DNA from: Amoeboradix gromovi X-113
Lineage: Eukaryota; Fungi; Sanchytriomycota
NCBI GenBank assembly: GCA_018985225.1
Contig: JADGIF010000630.1
Coordinates: 1-5,774, forward strand
DNA length: 5,774 nt
Direction: 5' to 3'
Below the pieces are notes generated by a model, which saw only the letters and a program-made list of their open reading frames with translations, had not been told where the DNA came from and did not search any database. Made by a program: the position numbers and the translations under genes. Numbering within the stretch: position 1 is the first letter of the stretch; each line of letters starts with the position of its first letter. Below, piece after piece: positions 1 through 5,774 of the stretch.

Positions 1-51
1 TGGAAAAGTCTTGAAATGATACAAAAATGCATACAAATTCGCGATAAATGA
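1..51 (+). CDS. Possible 3' end of an upstream gene (WKSLEMIQKCIQIRDK*), or an unresolved part of the ORC3 5' region
   Basis: Frame 1 is open from the window edge to TGA at 49-51. Gene density is high elsewhere in the window. The segment is too short to identify. Confidence 0.2.
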   Translation, partial: WKSLEMIQKCIQIRDK

Positions 52-142
52 TTTATTCAAGAAAACAATCGAGCTGTAGAAATTTTTGATTCACGCGAAA
101 GCAGGGCTTTTTTTGAGGAATTTTTAGAAACAAATCTCAAGA

Positions 143-1348
143 ATGCAAACCGATCTGTCTGAGTTGCAATTCGATTCCAACAACATGATATGGTGGACTG
201 TTGAGAGTGAACTGATCTCTGAATCACGAATCATGGAGCACTTTGAAGAGGAAGTTTTATATTATAGTGGTAGTTTGCAGAAAGTTAGCGAGGACACCAT
301 AATAATATTACAGAATTTTACAGTGAACGAAATTGAAGACGCTTTGCTAAAAACAAGAGAACATAGAGTATTGGTAATTTCTAAATTGACTTTATCCACA
401 TTTCAATCAGTTTGCTTGACTCAATTTCTTGCTTGGTACACCCCAATATTTGTTGACTCGACGTGTAAAATTAGTTCTTTTACTTATTATTTAGAGTCCT
501 TCTTCTTTTCTTCCGTTTCTGTCAAATGGCTTCCCAGTATCTCAATTATGTCTTATTATGATCATGTAATTAAGCAGTATGACAGTCTTGTTTATTTCTC
601 TAACATGAATAGATATGTTGATTTATTTATAAGTCATAGCGAGATCTTTAACTCTGTCAATGATTCTAAATTGCAAGCTCAAATGTGGCAAGAATTATCA
701 AACCTGAGTTCTTATAAATCTTTAGATAAGTTCACCTCAAAGTCTAAATTTTTAGAATTCTTTCAGGCCACCATAAGGAACCAGCGCATAAACTTCAAAA
801 AAGTTTCAGACACTGTAATTTTGATCTATAAACAGTACATATCAAACGGTTCAGCAGATATCCGTTTTCAGTTTATTACAGTTTGTACAGATATTGAGCA
901 AGTGCGAATATTTCAATCTAAAGTTAAAAACGCCAAGTTGATAGGGCATTTGGGTGTATTAATTGATGCCCTCGAGAAGTTGTATTCTCTCCCATTTCAT
1001 GAATTGTTTATATTCGATGATCTCCAGGTGTTGAAGAGAACAGTACATGTGAACATAATAGACGTATTGAAGCATGATTTGAACAATCAAGTCGAGTTTG
1101 CTACTCAGTTTGATAAGAGCAACTATTGCTATTTGTTTGATGAGCTATTCAAGACTCTGAAAGAGATGCCGATGGATTCTAACCTCTATGACTCGATGGT
1201 ATCTTTTTGTACCAAATGCAATCTGAAGCAAAATGGAGAGACAAGGCTACAATTTGAAATGCTTATTCGGGACTTTGAAAATATTGGAATTGTCAATTTA
1301 ACAGCTAAAAAAGACCATGTACAAAAGAACTTGTTGTATTTTACCTGA
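143..1348 (+). CDS. ORC3: Origin recognition complex subunit 3-like protein, divergent and shortened (401 aa; true start uncertain)
   Basis: The C-terminal winged-helix segment RLQFEMLIRDFENIGIVNLTAKKDHVQK matches the ORC3 pattern RF..A..EL..LG.IK.T..K.DHV.R. It is preceded by LFKTLKEMPMDSNLYDSMVSF (ORC3 Y.L..E....INL.DW..AF) and LPFHELFIFDD (P.HE..YF). N-terminal IIILQNF, LTLSTFQS and YLESFFFSSVSV fall in the order expected for the AAA+-like domain. Confidence 0.8.
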   Translation: MQTDLSELQFDSNNMIWWTVESELISESRIMEHFEEEVLYYSGSLQKVSEDTIIILQNFTVNEIEDALLKTREHRVLVISKLTLSTFQSVCLTQFLAWYTPIFVDSTCKISSFTYYLESFFFSSVSVKWLPSISIMSYYDHVIKQYDSLVYFSNMNRYVDLFISHSEIFNSVNDSKLQAQMWQELSNLSSYKSLDKFTSKSKFLEFFQATIRNQRINFKKVSDTVILIYKQYISNGSADIRFQFITVCTDIEQVRIFQSKVKNAKLIGHLGVLIDALEKLYSLPFHELFIFDDLQVLKRTVHVNIIDVLKHDLNNQVEFATQFDKSNYCYLFDELFKTLKEMPMDSNLYDSMVSFCTKCNLKQNGETRLQFEMLIRDFENIGIVNLTAKKDHVQKNLLYFT

Positions 1349-1575
1349 TAAACGAGGCATAATCAATACGAGACTTTGCACCAGCACTGGCCCATCTAGG
1401 TTCCTTTCTGCCAATCTGATTTTCATACCTAGTCAAACTATCAGGCGCAACACACTCTACATTGCCACTTGCAATGTAATCCCCATCAATGACATTGGTT
1501 AAGTGTTGGCACTTACATTTATAGGGTGTCTATTAGTTGCTGATAGATGCTCACTAATATGATTCTTGGAGCCAT
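1341..1575 (-). other. Cryptic coding-like segment: either a 69-aa two-exon ORF (1575-1555 plus 1529-1341, 25-nt intron 1554-1530) or a frameshifted EEP/APE-endonuclease remnant
   Basis: The minus strand reads ATG GCT CCA AGA ATC ATA TTA | GTGAGCATCTATCAGCAACTAATAG | ACA CCC TAT AAA ... AGG TAA. Unspliced frames give IILVSIY, then VIDGDY, then EPRW....SRIDY. The region is visibly less AT-rich than the intergenic DNA at 1760-1930. Confidence 0.35.
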
Positions 1576-1917
1576 TCTCCACTAGCTGACTTTTTCTCTT
1601 ATTTGTTCTTGGTCACCTCTTTTCATTATTTAGGCACACACGAGAACTTTTGTCTCTCAATTTGGAGTTTCTCCATGATAGTCAAATCGACTTTTTGTCT
1701 TATTCAATGTATGTTAAGAGTAAAAAAAGAAACAGGAACGGTAGCAATAATCTGCACAAATTTAACGCAACAAATTTCGCTCATTAACTTAACTAATACC
1801 CTGGTAATTAAACAGCTCAGCAATATCCTAATAATATTATAAATAGCATTGAATAAATTACAATTCTTAATCTTATGATGCCTGTTTTTTGAAAATACCT
1901 CTAGTTTTTATATTTAA

Positions 1918-1923
1918 TGACTC
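1918..1923 (+). promoter_or_regulatory. TGACTC, a Bas1/Gcn4-type core site upstream of ADE8
   Basis: Exact TGACTC ending 12 nt before the ADE8 ATG. This hexamer regulates ADE genes in budding yeast. It is a single short match very close to the start codon, so it may be chance. Confidence 0.2.
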
Positions 1924-1935
1924 CTTTGTTACGTT

Positions 1936-2493
1936 ATGGAGAAGAAGTCTATAACTGTTCTTATTTCAGGCAACGGAAGCAATCTGCAAGCACTGATAGA
2001 TGATCAAGATAAGAGATACAAAATATCAAAAGTTATATCGAACAAGGAAAATGCATTTGGACTAGAAAGAGCAAGAGAGGCAAATATTGCAGTTGAGGTC
2101 ATATTGAAGGATAAAAATTTTAGCCGTGAAGAATATGATGCACTGCTGGTCAAGGAAATCGGAGATACGGACTTAGTTGTTTGTGCTGGATTTATGAGAA
2201 TTTTAACAGATGTGATGATATCTAAATATAGAATTATAAATTTGCATCCTGCGTTGTCCAATGGATACATCGGGTTGCATGCCATAGAGAGAGCATTCGT
2301 GGACGCTCAAGATAATAAAATTAACTATTCTGGAGTAATGGTCCATTACGTCTCAGTTGACGTAGACCGTGGAGAATTAATAAAGGAAGAGGTAGTTCCT
2401 ATATATCCTTGGGATAGCTTGAGAGAATTCTCATCTAGAATGCACAATGCAGAACATAAATTGATTGTAGAGTGTGTTAATAAAGTTTTGTAA
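1936..2493 (+). CDS. ADE8: Phosphoribosylglycinamide (GAR) formyltransferase, monofunctional fungal ADE8 / PurN type
   Basis: Phosphate-binding loop VLISGNGSNLQALID, VISNK..AFGLERA, SREEYD, DLVVCAGFMRIL, catalytic IINLHPAL (Asn, His), G.MVHYV..DVDRG (catalytic Asp) and C-terminal RMH.AEH. ITVLISG, VVCAG, NLHPAL and AIERAF are fungal Ade8-like. Confidence 0.97.
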   Translation: MEKKSITVLISGNGSNLQALIDDQDKRYKISKVISNKENAFGLERAREANIAVEVILKDKNFSREEYDALLVKEIGDTDLVVCAGFMRILTDVMISKYRIINLHPALSNGYIGLHAIERAFVDAQDNKINYSGVMVHYVSVDVDRGELIKEEVVPIYPWDSLREFSSRMHNAEHKLIVECVNKVL

Positions 2494-2521
2494 AACCATT
2501 GTTACAATTTGCATATTTATT

Positions 2522-3163
2522 TTAAAAAAAAGACGGCATATCCTCGAACTTTTGTTGAGGCATTGGAATATCCAAAGAGAGTATCATTGGCTGCTTTGAG
2601 TAATCATTATACTCACAAGATGAATCCACGTCATTGAAATTAGACAATATAGGTCGCATATTCGGTGGGGTAGTAGGTGATGGCATCATAATCTGACTAT
2701 TCATGTTTTGAAAGTTTAAATGTGGAAACGGTGGTCTATTCCATTGCTGTTGCATATGATCTAAATGACCTCCGCCTCTCATAAAATCTACGGGTGACAT
2801 CATTTGAGAGTGCGAGCTTGGACTAAACGGACTCATAGATGTCATCGATGCCGGTGCGGAAAGCGGGCCGCTATTTGCATCGGGATTACTACTACACTTC
2901 CGCACATGTCGCTTTGAATCGTGGGCCCACTTGTATGACTTTCCGCAATGCTGGCACATGTAAGGCTTAAAATTTACGTGGATACGAATGTGACTTACAA
3001 GATGGTGGCGCCTCTCTACTTTTGCATCGCAGTTGTTCCATTTACATTCCCTCGTAAATTTCTGGGTACCCATAACATTAATATGTGCTTGACATACATG
3101 GTCGAAGAGCTCCTTGGATGTGCTATATGAATCTTCACATTTTTCCCACTTGCAATTGTTCAT
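2522..3163 (-). CDS. PacC/Rim101-family three-finger zinc-finger transcription factor (tandem CWCH2 type), 213 aa, with a Ser/Pro/Met/Gln-rich C-terminal region
   Basis: CKWEKC...ELFDHVCQAH, CKWNNC...RRHHLVSHIRIHVNFKPYMCQHCGKSYK..DSKRHV is colinear with PacC (C.W..C...LY.H.CE.H; C.W..C...KRDHITSHIRVHVPLKPH.C.FCGK.FKRPQDLKKHV). The Trp residues of fingers 1 and 2 are conserved. Orthology to pacC itself is uncertain, so no symbol is given. Confidence 0.88.
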   Translation of the reverse strand: MNNCKWEKCEDSYSTSKELFDHVCQAHINVMGTQKFTRECKWNNCDAKVERRHHLVSHIRIHVNFKPYMCQHCGKSYKWAHDSKRHVRKCSSNPDANSGPLSAPASMTSMSPFSPSSHSQMMSPVDFMRGGGHLDHMQQQWNRPPFPHLNFQNMNSQIMMPSPTTPPNMRPILSNFNDVDSSCEYNDYSKQPMILSLDIPMPQQKFEDMPSFF

Positions 3164-3209
3164 TTCTTGACATTCTAATGTCTTCCTTTTATGGAATTAT
3201 CAGGTAAGT

Positions 3210-3260
3210 TGATTGGTACTTTTACACGAATCTAAATAAACATTGATTCCACTCCAATCA
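3210..3260. promoter_or_regulatory. Pair of oppositely oriented CCAATCA boxes (putative HAP/NF-Y sites) upstream of the zinc-finger gene
   Basis: TGATTGG at 3210-3216 and CCAATCA at 3254-3260, about 50 and 90 bp upstream of the ATG at 3163. Confidence 0.35.
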
Positions 3261-3376
3261 TCTGTATTTAAACATTAAAAATTCAATTTGCGAAAGAAGA
3301 TATTTATTGCCCATGGTTTGTGACTCCTAACACTCCTTGTATTCCAAGCAGGGCAGTACGAATATCAGTTAACCCA

Positions 3377-5521
3377 TTACTTGCCAATATATCCACATTT
3401 GTCATTTTCCTGGGATGCTACATTAATGCAAAGTACTGCTACTATAAGCTCACCTAATAGCTGTGTTGCTTTGGGTTTCTCAATTAAGTGAGTGAGCAAA
3501 TTCGTCGTATATGAGCTTTCGTCTATATCCATCATCTCATCTCCCGTTAAATCTTCATCGTCAGTTATAATATTCAATAGGATCATAACGATCTTCCAAT
3601 TCTCAACTGATGCTCCGTCTTCAAGTCTACCGCATATCCAGTCTATTACATCAGAGTGCTTAACAACTCCTAGAGACATTAATTTATGTAGCAATCTGTA
3701 GAAACACGAAGGATGGTTGACCCATGCTTCCCAAGTCCATTCTATCAAGCTAGCGCCTTTAATTGTAGCTAACAACTTTACATACTTTTCTAATGCTACA
3801 AATGCGTGGGATAAGCTAACTTGGCCGTGTTGTAAAATACATAAATATTGGATTTTGGATCTAACCATTGGATCGATGACTTCTTCGTCATCAACTTTAG
3901 TAAATGCAGTCTTTTTCTGAAGTTGTGTTGTGATAGATTTAGCAAACGCTTTGTATTCATCCATATCGTTGTATTTATTAATCATTTTGGTAGATGTTGG
4001 TAAAAACGATTCAATATCTTCCGGTACTTTGATTCTTACTTTGTCAATCGGCAGCAGCTGCGCACACTTTAACAACGCGTGCTGTACAAATATAATTTCA
4101 TTTTTATTCTCCTTGTTTGTGAGTACAGGGCACCAAGCCTGAAATGCCCAATTCATTTCATAATTGGATAAAAATAGCGCAAACAGATTAGAAAACTTTA
4201 ATACAGTCGGCAAAGTCATGTGTTTTAATCGATAAAACGTAGAATGTATCAATCTACCGACGGTACTTGGAAATATGGCGCTTAGTTCGGTGCAATAACG
4301 AATAAGCAGATTAGTAGTAAATGTCCAATGGATATTTGTTAATGGGTTCATTAACTTAATTCCAACGAGCTCAGTTATTAGATGGCAACTTATAAATTGT
4401 TTTTCATGAATAAAATCATTTTTGGTGCTTTGGATTAATTCAGTCATCTTAGAAACCGATACAAATACATCATCTTTAAAGGCACAAGGTATGGTTAAAG
4501 TCTGAACACTACATTCCCACAAACTTCCATGCATAATACCTGAGCAATCACTGAAAAACCTTTTGAAATACCAATAAACAGGATCAACAACATCTGGCAG
4601 TCTGAATGCACGAGGAGCACAGGATTTAAAGTAATCCATTTTTAGGCAGGATCTGTCAAAGATGCGACATATATACCCAGAATAACTGAATGATTCAAAA
4701 TCTCTGACAACCACATCAGACAGTCTAGTGGTAGTTAAAGAAACTCTTCTTTCCACCACACCTTCAATTGGAATTAAATCATGAACAAGGACCAGTTGCG
4801 AGTGGAAGTTGTTAGATATGCTGGAATTAAATGCTTCTCTACGGGCATCAATAGTGGACAGCTCAACAGGAATCACCTCGGATATGACGTTATAAGGGTT
4901 CAACACTTTATTGTTACCGTTAAACAACTCAGATTCTTTTGTTTTACGATCGGAATAAAATTCTTGCAGTTTCTTAGCCAGATCTGTAGTAAATTCCGAA
5001 TTATATTTATAGTAAACTGGCAGTACAAATTCTAGTAAGGACGCGTAAAAATCTCCTTGCAAAACATTCTTGCAAGTCAGTTTATCACCCAGCTCATTCA
5101 ACATCTCTTGATAATCCAGTTTACTGATTAGTCCTACAGCCGAAAGATGCAAATAGAACCAAACAATCCCAGAAACTTCCTGGGCGTCGTTTTTAAGCAT
5201 GACGTCCTCCCATTCCTTTTCGATTAGTTCATTCATTTCGTTACTGAAAGCGCCATCCTTGTCTAACAAAGCTAAGAGTACTGCTAACTGTGCAGCACGA
5301 TGAAGCATAGTTTTCGCACCAATAATAATCATTTTAATACTTTGAGAAGCCTGTTTTGGATAAGTTTTAATCTCGTTGTATACGTTTTGTATTCCGTTGA
5401 TTTGATCCGATAACGAGTTCTCTTCTCTTTTAGTGAGTGCATGCAGCATGTATCCAGTTCTTTTAATACTAATGAAATTATCTTCTTGATGTTTTCTTTT
5501 GTTTGTAGCAGGATAACCCAT
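3377..5521 (-). CDS. NCBP1: Nuclear cap-binding protein subunit 1 (CBP80/Sto1), MIF4G-like domains; 3' end may extend to 3304
   Basis: N-terminal basic NLS-like NKRKH. Colinear CBP80 blocks: VWFYLHLSAVGLI (VRFL.DL....VI), GDFYASLLEFVLP (DWYVY..L.SLP), FTTNLLIRYC...FPSTVGRLIHSTFYRLKHM (Y.TLLIELC...P..L.....LY.RL..M), KFSNLFALFLSNYEMNWAFQAW (RF..WFSHHLSNF.F.W.W..W), FVQHALLKCAQL, ILQHGQVSLSHAFVALEKY (KSFSH), WVNHP and VIDWI. Confidence 0.92.
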   Translation of the reverse strand: MGYPATNKRKHQEDNFISIKRTGYMLHALTKREENSLSDQINGIQNVYNEIKTYPKQASQSIKMIIIGAKTMLHRAAQLAVLLALLDKDGAFSNEMNELIEKEWEDVMLKNDAQEVSGIVWFYLHLSAVGLISKLDYQEMLNELGDKLTCKNVLQGDFYASLLEFVLPVYYKYNSEFTTDLAKKLQEFYSDRKTKESELFNGNNKVLNPYNVISEVIPVELSTIDARREAFNSSISNNFHSQLVLVHDLIPIEGVVERRVSLTTTRLSDVVVRDFESFSYSGYICRIFDRSCLKMDYFKSCAPRAFRLPDVVDPVYWYFKRFFSDCSGIMHGSLWECSVQTLTIPCAFKDDVFVSVSKMTELIQSTKNDFIHEKQFISCHLITELVGIKLMNPLTNIHWTFTTNLLIRYCTELSAIFPSTVGRLIHSTFYRLKHMTLPTVLKFSNLFALFLSNYEMNWAFQAWCPVLTNKENKNEIIFVQHALLKCAQLLPIDKVRIKVPEDIESFLPTSTKMINKYNDMDEYKAFAKSITTQLQKKTAFTKVDDEEVIDPMVRSKIQYLCILQHGQVSLSHAFVALEKYVKLLATIKGASLIEWTWEAWVNHPSCFYRLLHKLMSLGVVKHSDVIDWICGRLEDGASVENWKIVMILLNIITDDEDLTGDEMMDIDESSYTTNLLTHLIEKPKATQLLGELIVAVLCINVASQENDKCGYIGK

Positions 5522-5564
5522 TCTGTTTTAAAAAATTAACATAAAAGGTTTCATGTTAAACACA

Positions 5565-5754
5565 TGGGACATCAAATTTAAAGACTTGACTAACTCTCTG
5601 AAATACTTTGAATCATTATTTCAAGTGCGTATTAACCGATAGTAAATTGAATTGATCTGATTAGTTCAAGTAAACTGTTTTAGTATAAAAGCATTTGGGA
5701 CATCAAATATAAAAACTGGACTAACTTTCTGTAACAACTTGGAACATTATTTCA
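5565..5754 (+). repeat. Diverged direct repeat: two 59-bp copies (5565-5623 and 5696-5754), period 131 bp
   Basis: TGGGACATCAAATTTAAAGACTTGACTAACTCTCTGAAATACTTTGAATCATTATTTCA versus TGGGACATCAAATATAAAAACTGGACTAACTTTCTGTAACAACTTGGAACATTATTTCA: 49 of 59 identical, ungapped, by hand count. Weaker similarity extends about 25 bp upstream of each copy. Confidence 0.9.
5647..5669. repeat. Imperfect palindrome between the two repeat copies
   Basis: TTGAATTGATC-T-GATTAGTTCAA: 11-bp arms with 9 Watson-Crick pairs and 2 mismatches, both G-T on the + strand. Confidence 0.55.
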
Positions 5755-5774
5755 GCTTTATTACTTTATGGATT

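Noticed and set aside
1317-1502. 61-aa + strand ORF
   Set aside because: It overlaps the ORC3 end out of frame, has no recognisable motif and is antisense to the better-supported minus-strand segment.
1603-1842. 79-aa + strand ORF
   Set aside because: It starts at TTG (non-ATG in a eukaryotic context), runs through AT-rich promoter-like DNA and has no motif.
2004-2285. 93-aa minus-strand ORF
   Set aside because: Antisense shadow entirely inside ADE8.
1936-2493. Bacterial origin or recent horizontal transfer of purN
   Set aside because: Motifs (VVCAG, NLHPAL, AIERAF, MVHYV) are fungal Ade8-like rather than the bacterial NIHPSLLP type, and composition looks like that of the neighbours. A tree would be needed to exclude it fully.
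2948-3130. 60-aa + strand ORF
   Set aside because: Antisense shadow of the zinc-finger coding region.
3201-3209. Perfect splice donor CAGGTAAGT on the + strand
   Set aside because: Both flanking genes are on the minus strand and no + strand exon is supported here.
3492-5035. + strand ORFs 3492-3701, 3717-3920, 3930-4142 and 4781-5035
   Set aside because: All are antisense to NCBP1, several have non-ATG starts, and none has a motif. The three same-frame ORFs reflect stop scarcity opposite a real coding frame.
143-5521. Stop-codon reassignment (TAA/TAG as Gln, or TGA as Trp)
   Set aside because: All four long genes are open in the standard code. ADE8 ends in TAA and ORC3 in TGA where the families are expected to end.
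143-5521. Functional gene cluster or novel multi-gene system
   Set aside because: Replication initiation, purine synthesis, a transcription factor and cap binding are unrelated housekeeping functions in mixed orientation. Adjacency is explained by genome compaction.
5528-5554. Short in-frame uORF MKPFMLIF* upstream of NCBP1 on the minus strand
   Set aside because: Such ORFs are expected by chance in AT-rich DNA, and it may lie upstream of the TSS.
5565-5754. CRISPR array
   Set aside because: Only two copies, 59 bp long and about 17% diverged, with a 72-bp spacer, no cas genes and a eukaryotic context.

Overview
AT-rich, gene-dense eukaryotic DNA read in the standard genetic code. A compact fungal or fungus-related genome is likely; this is inferred from the fungal-type ADE8 and the PacC-like factor. 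There are four apparently intron-free genes: a shortened ORC3-like origin recognition complex subunit (143-1348, +), GAR transformylase ADE8/purN (1936-2493, +), a short PacC/Rim101-family zinc-finger factor (2522-3163, -) and nuclear cap-binding subunit NCBP1/CBP80/STO1 (3377-5521, -). These genes are functionally unrelated, and I see no convincing new multi-gene system. Points worth a second look: (1) a cryptic minus-strand coding-like segment missed by the ORF track (about 1341-1626), either a 69-aa gene with a 25-nt intron or a decayed retroelement endonuclease; (2) a PacC-like protein with a rewired finger-3 helix, a C2HC finger and no pH-regulatory tail; (3) possibly incomplete ORC3 5' and NCBP1 3' ends; (4) a diverged 59-bp direct repeat flanking an imperfect palindrome at the right edge. 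All homology calls come from recalled family motifs, not from database searches.
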